DNA of 64,000 bases from contig JBHGNT010000015.1 of NCBI GenBank assembly GCA_043228905.1, positions 15,748,001 through 15,812,000 of the forward strand, read 5' to 3'. Below are positions 36,725-48,224 of the stretch, one piece after another; positions within the stretch are counted from its first letter, which is position 1, and every line of letters begins with the position of its first letter. A model generated the notes under the pieces. It did no database searches, was not told where the DNA came from, and saw nothing but the letters and a program-made list of their open reading frames with translations. This DNA is from Azolla caroliniana. Its lineage: Eukaryota; Plantae; Polypodiophyta. The position numbers and the translations under genes were made by a program.

Positions 36725-39700
36725 CTTTACTTAGTTTGACTGATTTTTTTTTCCATTTCCATTGGGCTTTGTTTATCCATTCTTGTCCCTGGCCACACAA
36801 AGCTATCGTCATGGTCAGGAATGCAAAGAAAAAAACTAGAAATAGCAGTAAAGGTCACAACCTTCTGCAAATCTTTGTTAACTCCATAACCCGCACAGTA
36901 CATCTTGCCAACAATCATCTGTGCATCCACATCCTCATTGTTTGCTTTCTTCAAGTAATCTTTGAATGAATGTCTAGCACAATCAGCAACAACATCTCGG
37001 AGAGGAACACCCCTTTCTTCCTCGGTCTGTTTTGTTGTCGATTGCATCTTCAATGAAAATTGTGCCCTCCGTACACGCTGCACCTCTTTATCACGAGTTT
37101 GATATCGCTGATCTTCATGTTCTTGCCCATCTGATTGGACACATGCTTCATCATGGGGGGATTGGTAGGACAGTGATGAATTGAATGATCGCGATGCGAA
37201 TCTGCAAAGAAAGCTTTCATCAGGCTGGCAGATAAAGTTAGAGCATTTTCTTGTGAATAAATCTCGGTTTAGGAACCAAGCATACACTCAGAAATCATAG
37301 ATGAAGTTATTCGCTTCACGAATACGTAAGAGAATCGCCTCTTCCAGATGAGATGGATCAGCTTTCATATATAATTGTATTTTCAAACATAACCAAGGAC
37401 AAGTGCTCTCAAACAGGGACCAATATTTGATACTCAGGAAAAACGGCAAAACAGGATTTGCTGATAAATTGGTTAAGAAAACGAGTATATAATCATTTTA
37501 TAACAATAGTTGGGAAATAAAACCTTGACAGTAAGTAATTGTTAGCTTAGACAACAAATAAATCATCATAACATATCTTGATTAGTAAAACCTCACTTTA
37601 TACCACTAAGCACGTTACACATACTGAAGTGATGCATATGTCATCTCTAGAATTATCTGCCCTCTAATCTTAAGTTTGACGATATAATATTCATCATCTT
37701 CTAATGTGTCCTAATTCCTGCTACAGACTTTCTATTATACTGTATAGAACATAAAGGTTTCAAATATTATTCGTCACAACTGTAGAAACTGCATCAAATG
37801 GACATGAATAATGAGGGCACATGAAGAAGGAGAAGGGCAGTGTGAAGGAACAGAAGCAATTGAGCACCAAAAGTGAAAATGATCTGATTTTGATGTGTGA
37901 AATATAAAATGAAAGGAAGGAGAAATTTATATTCGCTGGCATGGCAGATTTCTAGGGTTCAGAAGCCTGAGAAAGAGGTTAAGGTATTCTGATTTGCCGA
38001 AAATCATAAATGCCTTTATGCAATCAAGATATTTTGCGTTTACAGATTTAAGTGCACGAATGAATGTATGAAGAAATAGAAGAAATAATGAAAAATTGAA
38101 GTTATATTACCACTAAATAGAGTCCAAAGTCAGCTTGTGAGATCATTCAGAGGGTGTCCTCTCAGTACCTAACAAATGGAAATAACATGAAAAAACGGAT
38201 GTGCTGAGACAGTGTTATATTCTATGTGATGTAGAAACATGACCTTATGACTAGTTTCAACTATAATTCATTGTGTGGTACATGATTGTGGGTGACAGAC
38301 AAAGGGAGGATTCGAAACACATGTAGAATGATATTGGGTTGACTGGAAAGGTTATGGATGGATAGGCTAATGCCAACCCCTTTACCATGGGTCAGGAAAG
38401 CCCCTGGTTTACTCAAGTCCAACCCTAAACGTGATATGTGTGGTGCAACCCTCATAAAACCATCAATAATACTTCCTTATGCATGTGCAGAGAAGAGTAA
38501 CTCTACAATTAGGAGTTTTATTTTTGTGGGTTGGGGGGGGAAGGGTCTGGCATGCCAAAAAAGTGTCCCTTTACATACTTACAATACACACTTCGCTTGT
38601 AGCATGTGTGTTGCCGAGAGAGAGAGAGAGAGTGAGAGAGAGAGAGAGAGAGAGATCTTGGCCAAAGATACTCCCTCAAATAAGTAAAAATGCCAAAGAA
38701 ACCCATCCACTTGGGAGATGGTAGAGAGGAGAGGAATGGGTCTCTTGGATCTCCAAAAGAAATTTTTATATGTAGCGCTGGTCTGCTAACTCTGAGAATC
38801 GGAGCAAAATGGTGGAATTCTTCGAAATAGAATCACTTCCTTATCTTCTATCACAACTCTCTAAGAATGCGTGCTACATTTATCTTCTTAGTTGCACTCT
38901 ACAAGTCTGACTTTGGGAATGTGGATAAAGGATTAAAGAGAATACCAAGCTTGGAAATTGCTCAGTTCGATGTGTGACATTTGACTTTCTTCTTCAGATT
39001 TCTTCAAAATGGGTACAATTGCATTGGTGTCCATTATTCATAAACTCAGGATGTGAGGACAACATTTTTCTTAATAGTCAACTAGTCTCGGAATCCAACG
39101 ACATGTCAACAACCTAAATTTGGTTTTACACAAAACAAAGAGCTTTTGATCTATAATTCAGCATTTTTTTTCCTTTTCTTGAATGAGAGAATAGGAATTT
39201 CAGAGAAGAACACTGCAAAATTTATATATTCTCTGTAAAATTTGATTCCCTTACTAAATATTTGGCCACAGAATGTTGTACATTTCTTGTCATTAGAGCT
39301 TGTTCAGAAATTAGATCACATTTTCAACCTTTTCCCCTGATGCTATTATATTCATTTAATCCATGTGAGGCTTCTACTATTCAAGATTCAAGTGTTGATG
39401 AAAAAAGCATACAGATTTCTAAACAAATCATCTGCGAAGAACACAGAATCAAGGATAAAAGAAGGTAAAGATAAAGAATCAAGAAGAAAGCAATACAGTT
39501 TTTGACACAACGCTAAGCGAGCATGTAAGGCAAAAAAAGACTCATATTGAAAAGAAGCGGGGGAGGCATTGAAAAAGGAAAATACAAAAAGAGATGAGGT
39601 ATTTCGGGTTACCTGGAGGGTAGTTTTGTGTGGAAGCAGAAGCTATGGCGAGTGTAGGAGGAGGAGGAGGAGGGGGAGGAGAGGAGAGTGGGATTGAACT

Positions 39701-39929
39701 TCTTGTCTGCTTTCAGAAGGTCCAGACCTCGAAGGAGTGCTCGTGAGGATGAAGAAGAAACAATGGTCATGTTCCCTGATTCATAGCAGAGCGGTCTCTG
39801 TTTTTTTTTCCTGACAGGGGAGGAGGAGGAGGAGGAGGAGGAGGGGTTTGAAGAGGAGATGAGGTTTTTGTTAATTACAGAAAATGCCCTTCTTCTCTTA
39901 TGAACATCTTTCTCGCTCATGTTCTTCAT
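36725..39929 (-). CDS. Plant single Sel1-like-repeat protein with Ser-rich N-terminus; 3'-most exon not resolved
   Basis: Exons 39929-39613, 37201-36862, 36788-36725 splice in phase (GT-AG). They encode VPLRDVVADCARHSFKDYLKKANNEDVDAQMIVGKMYCAGYGVNKDLQK|GQEWINKA (Sel1-like repeat). Confidence 0.75.
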
Positions 39930-40399
39930 AAGAAAGTGATGGTGATGGTGTTGGTGGTTAGGATTAGGGTTAGGGTAAATCAGCACTTGAGGTCCTACCT
40001 TGTCCATGATTATTACTACAAGATGTTTGCCGTACTGTGGGAAACCCACATAACGAAATGTAGCAGGGCATAAGTTATGTTCTATAGAAGACTCACGAGT
40101 GTGGTAGTCCCAAAGTGAGTTGGGACAAACTAGAGTTGCCCCCATCAGAGTTGGGACAATCCCGGTCAGCATGCAGTCCCAATCTGAGTTGGGACTCGAG
40201 AAGGGAACCAACCCCAATCCTAGTCCCAATCCCAACATCTAGCCCAACAGCCATATCTTGGCCCATATAAGGAGGAGCTTCTCCTCATTTTGGATCATTC
40301 TTACTCTCTGAGCTCATCTCTCTTTCTTTTGGTGAAAACACACAATTATAGTAATAAATATGTGTAAAAACACTACTTACAATGGGTGTGACAATGGAG

Positions 40400-42757
40400 T
40401 ATGGTCACCCACTAACTACATCACATGGGTAGTGGAACATGTTGAATTGCCAATAGGCAAGACAAACACTCCACCGAGGAAAGAATTTCCACTTGCTCCA
40501 ATAAAGAAAATTGTCACATTAGTACTCCCTTCAACTTTCGTAGATATGCTTTCACTCCATGTCTACCATCGAATACAAAAGCATTGCGCATATTCCAATT
40601 ATGACGCAATCCCCAATATCTCAAAAATAGAAAAACAATCTCCATCTCCAATTTTGGGTCAACCTATGTAAATTGTGCAAACACTTACTGTCTAGGTGTC
40701 AAATAACATCATGATAAGACTTGCCAATTTTGAGAAATGTAATTCCAAATCTAACAAGCAATCAGACATTGTATAAATTGATGAGTACTATATTCCATTT
40801 GAACAGTGCAAAAGAAGCAATTACCCATTGTTAGTCCACGACGCTTTAGAGCTAATCCCAAAGGCAATCCTCCAATCAAAACTCTCCAAATGAAGACCTT
40901 TGCTACAAGTGGCAATTTAGAATTCCAACTACGTTTTAAGATTTGCCACCACCCATGATCAAATTTGTGTAATCGTCATTCTTCTTCAGCTTTAGATGAT
41001 AACCATCCAAGAGACTCAACAGAGCAATGATACAAAAGATTAGTAGTCACTTGTAACAACGATGTTTGACCCTTTAAATACCAATCAATCCACGGTTGTT
41101 CTCCTGTTTGTAGAGGTAAGGGACCTTGCATCAATGGAATATTTCATAGTTGTTGCCAAATAAACCCATAATTAGGCGGAATGCGTAATAATTGTTGTGC
41201 TTCAACAAACTCCAAAATTCTTTGAGATGGAGCCTCAACTATATCTCCCACCTCTTTGACCCCCAAACAAAACAAACGATTAAATTGAGAGCGTAATCTC
41301 ACCTTTCTTGGCCAACATAATAACCGAGAAGACACAAGTAACTCTTTTTGCAAAGAATTACAATGCTCTCTACTAGATGATGGTTTCCATACACATAACA
41401 AGAGTGCTTCTTGCCATGAGGTAACCAAGTGTTTAACACATGTAGAGCCCAAAATCCTAGGTGAAATACATCCATTTAGTAATTTCCACCATGAAGCCTT
41501 AATTGTTGTCCTCCCACCCTTGTTCTCAATGAAATATTGAACAATAGATATCCATGGTTGTAAGTTTGAACACATGTCTTCTAATAATGAAAATCTACGA
41601 GCCATCATATGCTTAGATAAGTTCAATACTCTAGCTCCCCCCAAGCGCTTAGGAGTTGCTAGATGATTCCATGCAACCCAAGTGATTCCCATCTTATCCC
41701 TTTTCTTCCACAACAAATATCGAAGAGGTTGCAAAATAGAATGCAAAGCCTTCTTTGTCCACGACAACAATGACAAGTAATATAATATCATAGGTTCCAT
41801 AATACATTGTACAACCTTCAAACGTACATGAAATGGCCAAGATTGTGATTTCCAATACATGAACTTATCCCTCAACGTACTAGACATCCATTCAATCAAT
41901 TGACCATTTGTAACATTCATTCGTAATGGATAGCCCAAGTGTCGAAAAATAGAGCCTTTCTTCACCACGGATCCTTGCCATCCTAAACATTCCAAATCCC
42001 TTTTAGTACATGATATGAGACTAGACTTCCTCCAATTAATATGTAATCCGGAAGCCAATGCAAATTGGTTCCATACAAGCATCCCCTTCTCAAGATTCTC
42101 TCGTGAGGCTTGTAAAAACATGAAAGAATCATCAGCCAAAGCTTGTGCAACTAGTTGCCCTCCAGACGAAAGGTGTAGACCCACAATATCACCATTTGTT
42201 GCAAGCCTTGATAGCATCACTAAAAAGGGATGAGTAACAATAACGGGCTAATAGGGCATCCTTGACGAACGGATCTTGTAAGGGAAATATCTGATGTAAC
42301 TCCTCCATTGAGCATGACTCAAGACACCACATCTTGTCCTAATAAAACTATGAGGCGAGACATACGAGGTCCAAAGCCCATTGTCCACCTCATCCTCAGT
42401 GAAATCCGCATCCAATTCATGACTAATGAGGTCATGCACAATACATCCAACCACATCATAAAACTCATGACGAGCTCTACTCGCCACATTTGTCATTAAC
42501 AATTGTGGGTCAATCAACTCCTTAAAGTAATGAACACATATGTCAATTATTTTAGCAGGATCCACTATCCATTCATCACCTTGCTTCACATCTACCACAT
42601 TAGATCGAGTATAAGTAGGATGTAACGCTTGGAAAAACAAATGGGATTGACATTGATTATCTATGAGTCCATCCCTCAATTGTCGCATCTTCCCATAACG
42701 ATAACTTTGGCATTGCAACTGAGAAATAATAACATGCAATTGACTTTGGATATTCAT
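40400..42757 (-). mobile_element. Decayed L1/Tx1-like LINE ORF2 (RT C-terminal half and downstream), internally deleted
   Basis: RQGCPLAPLL-like junction near 42250, AQALADDS, SGLHINWRKS, FRHLGYPL, WVAWNHLATPKRLGG. Confidence 0.85.
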
Positions 42758-42779
42758 TCTCTCTCTCTTTCTCTCATAA

Positions 42780-42965
42780 TTAGCTTGCCCTATTGGTAAG
42801 TTGTTATACTACAAGTCACTATGTCTTGGGTTTGAAACCCAATTTTACTCACCTCTCTATTATATACTCCATACATATCGCTTAATTCATTAAATGCCAC
42901 TGTGGAATGTAGGGGTTAAACCCATGACCACCTGGTCTCCATTGGGCAACCTTACCAACTGAGCG
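42780..42965. mobile_element. Two degenerate tRNA-derived SINE heads in convergent orientation between (CT)n tracts
   Basis: Plus strand: CCTATTGGTAAG...GGGTTTGAAACCC (~42790-42840). Minus strand: GCTCAGTTGGTAAG...GGGTTTAACCCC (42964-42912). Both resemble Pol III A/B boxes. Confidence 0.5.
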
Positions 42966-44749
42966 CTCTCTCTCTCTCTCTCTTGTTGTAATATAGAACA
43001 CTCTCTAGTTCCCTTTTCGGTTTGGTCCCAACCTTGGGATGATTGTAAACTTGTATCTCTTTCTTACGATCAAAATCACATTTCTTGTCCCAATTCTCTT
43101 CATCCCAACCATGTTTCCTTGCATTTCAAGACCCCCATATTTTAGGGGCACAACAGAAGGGTATGACTAGTATGACAAGAAGGATATGATATAAGATGGA
43201 GTCAAAGACATAGTGCAATCAGCAAAGAGCTTACACTACTTTACAATCGGAAAGAGCTTACTTGGGATCTCCTCTTAAAGCTTCACCTACTCTTGTAATA
43301 TCTATATCTTCTTGATCTACTTGCCGAAAAACCACTCTATGTAATGGAGTCAAGTCTTATTACTCATAGTATTTGTTTCTATTTCATAAGCCCTTTTGTA
43401 CTTCATCTTTTTTATATCTACGACTACATTATATTATTTCCGATAAATCTACAATATGGTACGATTCGTAACCAAACAAGGTGTTAGGTTTTTTGGCTCG
43501 ATGCATGAAGTTACAGAATTTGGGAGCAACATCGATGAATCTTCACACTACCACATTGGAAACTTCAGCATTGGGAAGAACTCTTGCGAGGATTGTGGCG
43601 AAATTTTAGGATCTCAATTTTGATTATCGAGCAAAAAGTTATGAGTTAGTGTGTAAATTTCAGAATGATGGAGTCGAACTGGCCACACCAACCAAAACAG
43701 ACATCTTTTCCACCAGACGGTGAATGACAAAGGAGGAAAAAAATGCACCCTATCCTCCCTGAACTCTCTTTTCCCTTATTTTTTACATCCCTCCCCCTTA
43801 ACACATCTTATGTGTTGAGGGGTTTCGTGATTGGAACCGTAACACACCACCTCGACAAATTGAGGTGAGGGCCTTCTCAAATGGTAGAGAAGCCGCCCAT
43901 GACTCAAGGTGCGAGTCATAGGCTTGTAGCGAGTGTACCCTTGCCAAGGCACACACGTTTCCCAGCTCACATGAGTACACTTGACTTGCATGCGAAACTA
44001 GGCTAAATCCTAGATAGCCCCACCTACGTGTGAAACCTCCTCTTGGTGCTTAAGACGCGGGGTGCGTGAACATACGTCAAATGTGGGGGATGGAATCTCC
44101 GATGTGTATTCAATAACCTTATAAATAAATATAAGGTAATAATGTATGAGATGCATCATACATGAGAGAATAAATGTATATTAATGAGTTGCATTATTCC
44201 TACTCAGAAAATCGGACAACCACTATGGTCATCCACGTTGAATTATTGAGCAGGGCTATGGAGCCACATGACATTTAATTAGGATTCAATCGTGATCTCC
44301 TATTTAAGTTGGACAATAGGTAGTTGGGCGGCATGTTTAGCAGGTCCAAATTCTGCACTAAGTTAATTAATTATTCACACATTCGAGCAACACCATGTTA
44401 GCTAGGGTTTTTGTAATCAAGGATCTCTTTGAATATATTAAATGTTTCCAACTCTGAGTCTCTCTACTATCGTTAGATCTTAATATTTCAGATTACTGCA
44501 TGTTCAACAGACAACCATGTTACCTATGAAATGTGTCTTCTCAAAGACATGAGACAACAACACCACATGGCCACCACCATGCACGTGTCCCTGAGATCTT
44601 CAGCCTCATGATCTTGAGGCCCTCCATCCCACACAGTAGAACCCCACAGAGCCACACCTTCGTCGGGGGATATATGGGGTCCTTGCAAATCTCTAAAAGG
44701 AGGGTGGAGTGACTTCTCAACATTAGTAGCCAAAGCTTAATCTTTATTG

Positions 44750-44853
44750 ATTGATGGGTCTAAGCCAATGGATTAGACCCCATGACTTTATAGGTCTCTC
44801 CTCAATTCGCTCGGGTTCGAAATCCACTCGTTGCTTGACGCCCCCCCATCAAT
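44750..44853 (+). mobile_element. tRNA-like element (SINE head or tRNA pseudogene)
   Basis: A-box-like TAAGCCAATGG inside hairpin GGGTCTAA/TTAGACCC; B-box-like GGGTTCGAAATCC; no clean cloverleaf. Confidence 0.45.
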
Positions 44854-45082
44854 GCTCCATCTCCCCCTTACCATTGCTTGTGTTCCTGTTTTGACTTGAC
44901 CTTTACACGTCCAACCATCGCCTTGAAGCTCGTTCACATGCCCCTCAACTTTTGCACTATCTCACTTACATCTGAATCTGAGGTCCCAGATTCAATATCG
45001 GAGTTAAGTTCTAAGTCCTATGCACTTGAGGAAATGATCCCCACATGCTCTAACCTAAACCCTAAACCCTAAACCCTTCAAA

Positions 45083-47330
45083 CTACTTCAAGTAAGCTTT
45101 CACCCCATGTCTACCATCGAACATGAAATCATTATTCATATTCCAATAGTGTTGCAAACCCGAATATTGTAAAAATTGGAACAATATCTCTAGCTCTTTA
45201 TTTGGACCATTTTGAACATATTGAGCAAATACCCATTGTTGAGGCCTCAAATAACAATGGGTTAACATATTTGCCACCACCTTGCATTTGACTTGCATAC
45301 ATTTCCACACCTCTTCTGCTTTAGGTGATAGCCAAGATAATGATACCATTGCATGATGATACAATATATTTGCCGTGACCTGTAGCAAGTGTATAACATC
45401 CTTTAACTGTCAATCCACACATGGTGCACCATTTGTTTTCATTGGCAAAGATCCATGCATCACTGCTTGCTCAACCTTTTGTCTGAGCCATCATTATTCC
45501 ATAGGCCAATCCATGGGCACATCTCCATGACCCATGGAATAATGGTGACAATCTTTTGTCCAAGCCATCATTATTCCATAGCCCAATCCATGGGCACATC
45601 TCCATGCTTGCTCAACTTTAATTTGTATTATGTCAATGGCTACCATCTAGTCTCAAAGAAGATGCTTTTACCCATACGATATTAAATGCCTCTTCCTTTT
45701 TGCCTTCCATAGTCTTCTTGGAGGTCAATTGCTTCTTTAGAGGCCAATTTCATATTGATCTCATCACCTTTGTTCCTTTTTTGAATTTGTGTCATCACCA
45801 AATTAGTTGTTCCTACATCATTTGTATATATGGTGTTCTCATTCCCTAACAGGTAGTTGATGTGCGTGTTTGAGAGTTTCCACGAATTGAACATGTTGAA
45901 CTTCCACAACTCAAGTGTTTAATGACTTTATTCTCGAGGTTACGCGTTCAAATGTGACCAAGACTAAACAACATGAAACTTGATGCTTTGAAGTATGAAT
46001 ATCCCTTTTTAGGAAGGAGTCACACATCAAGAATACCTTTGTACATAGGTCCCATGAGTCATTATTGGCCTCTCTATGGACGTCCAAAATATCTATCTAC
46101 CTATCTGTCTTTGGCATGATTGGTGGTTGTGGCCTCACCCTACAAAGCATCACACTTTCCAACACCGCTTGTTATGGCCATTGACTTTGCTTGGCTTAAC
46201 ACTCTCAAACTTTATTTGATGCTTGACATCTTTGCTTAAATCTCCTCAATAACAAGTGCAAAACTTTTGTAAGCTTTGATATTGTTTCAATGACTGACTA
46301 CATGGACACAAGAGGATGAACAAACATACATTCATCACAATGGAGAAGATATATAATTATATTATAGTAGTACATCATTGAAGCATGATTATAAGGAAGG
46401 GTTGGATGTAGTGGGAACTTTGCATCATGAGCAAACAAAGTGATGACAAGACTAATTCTCCTTAAGGTTTGTTTTTTAATGCAATTGGACATTAGTCTCA
46501 ATAGCTACCCCATCTAACATTTTAAATTCAATACCACAACTATTGGATTAATGTAAAATGTTGTTAGGAAACAATTAAAAAGAAATCATACTTAGCAAAA
46601 TGGAAGAGGTATTTATTGTATGATGTAAATGAATGATAAGTTATTCAGATTATCAATTGTAAGAATAAATATTACAAGTATTATTTGTACAAATATAAAC
46701 AAGTAGCACAATACCACTAGCTATATGATTTCTTAATAGTATATTGCATCTAATGCACTAATTAAGATGTTGACGATGTAGTAAAAATCAATTTCTAAAT
46801 AGTTTATGCTGTTCCGAGAGCTTGGATGAAATGGTTAGTAATGGGACAATCCTTTCAATATTAGTTTTTGACGATGAAAACCCTAATATTGAAGGGCATG
46901 GAGTTCATAAAAATCAAGCATTTTGTCAAACATGTCATGAACATGATATGCATCTTATCAAATAGTGAATTGGAAATATGGTTGAGCACTGCCATGCAAT
47001 CCTAATAAACATCCCTAGAATTTATGAATATAAATGTGTCAATATTTGTGGCCAAGTTATAGATTTCAGTTCATCTCCCTTCCCCCATTCTGTGTGTTTC
47101 CTTTCCTTGTCTTGCAATGTTGTTGTCACGAAATGTTCTTCTAAATTGGCCAACCATGGCATGATCACAAAATTGATGTTCTTTGATGAAAAGGGGCAAT
47201 GGTTAGTAAGCAAAATAATCACAAGAGACATACCACTAGTTGGCGTTACCAAGTCATGTACACGATTGCATTCACATCATTTGGATATCAAAATTCCCCA
47301 CAATCCAAAAATGCACTTCTATTAGGATAA
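45083..47330 (-). mobile_element. Highly decayed L1-like LINE remnants
   Basis: FWIVGNFD/LTNHCP endonuclease-like remnants near 47180-47300; C-terminal LINE-like ORF 45083..45388 (PKAEEVWK...YWNMNNDFMFDG). Confidence 0.4.
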
Positions 47331-47711
47331 TATAATAGACTATATTATGAGAGGTGTAACACTTAGTCGTGGAGACTAGATATAGTGGGTTCTACAAAAA
47401 GCAATAATTTTGTGTTGGAGGGGTGTGCAAGGGTGGTTTAAAGTTGAGCTTGGCAACGATTTAAGAGATGTCAAACTTGAAACTTATCCAACTCAATAAT
47501 AGTTCAAGGCATGCAACTCAGTAGCGTGTTGATTGTGGGCCACATAAAGGTTATCAATGCTCGAGTGGAGGCGACGAACGAGGCGCCACCATGTGGACAC
47601 ACGACAGAAGGGTTTCCCACCACACCATATATCATATATGTAGATTTAGAGATGGACATGTTTAACAAAAATATGATACCTTTGAGTTGAGGGATGGGAT
47701 GGGATCATTAC

Positions 47712-48067
47712 TAGTAGGAATCAACAATGGTTCGGTTCGGTTTGGCCTTTGTCCAGACCAAACCAATTAAGCCTTAATCGATGAAGCTGTAACCATTTCG
47801 GCCCAAAACGGTTCGGTTCGGCTTGAGCCTTGTAAAAACCGAGCTAAAACCAGCTTCATCGGTTTTGAAACTGGAACTGAGCCCGGTTCCAAACCGGTTT
47901 GTCTAAACCGATGAAGAAGTTGTAACCATTTCGGACCAAAACGGTTCGGTTCGGCTTGAGCCTTGTAAAACCGAGCTAAAACCGGTTTGTGAAGGTCAAG
48001 CCTAAACCGAGCCAACTGGTTTACAGCGGCTCGGTTTAGGCTTGAGCCGAGCCGTTGCATACTGCTA
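47712..48067. mobile_element. Non-autonomous DNA transposon (hAT-like MITE) rich in AACCG subterminal repeats, with an internal direct repeat
   Basis: GGTTCGGTTCGG/CCGAGCC arrays; unit GATGAAG-TGTAACCATTTCGG-CCAAAACGGTTCGGTTCGGCTTGAGCC at ~47780 and ~47910; imperfect inverted ends. Confidence 0.55.
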
Positions 48068-48096
48068 ATGGGTGGGTCTGCATAAAATCATATCAC

Positions 48097-48097
<1 letters not shown>

Positions 48098-48135
<38 letters not shown>
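48098..48135. repeat. (GAT)n microsatellite upstream of THF1
   Basis: About 12 ATG/GAT units. Confidence 0.95.
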
Positions 48136-48136
<1 letters not shown>

Positions 48137-48224
48137 GTGGATAAGGCAAAGCTCAATCATCCTACCCTCTCTCTCTCTGTTTCTCTCTCTCTGTGTTTCT
48201 GTGGAAGGGGCAAAGAAATTACCC

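Noticed and set aside
43400-44540. Possible LTR or retrotransposon leader sequence
   Set aside because: No paired LTR, PBS, PPT or TSD could be located by eye, so boundaries and class are unsupported.
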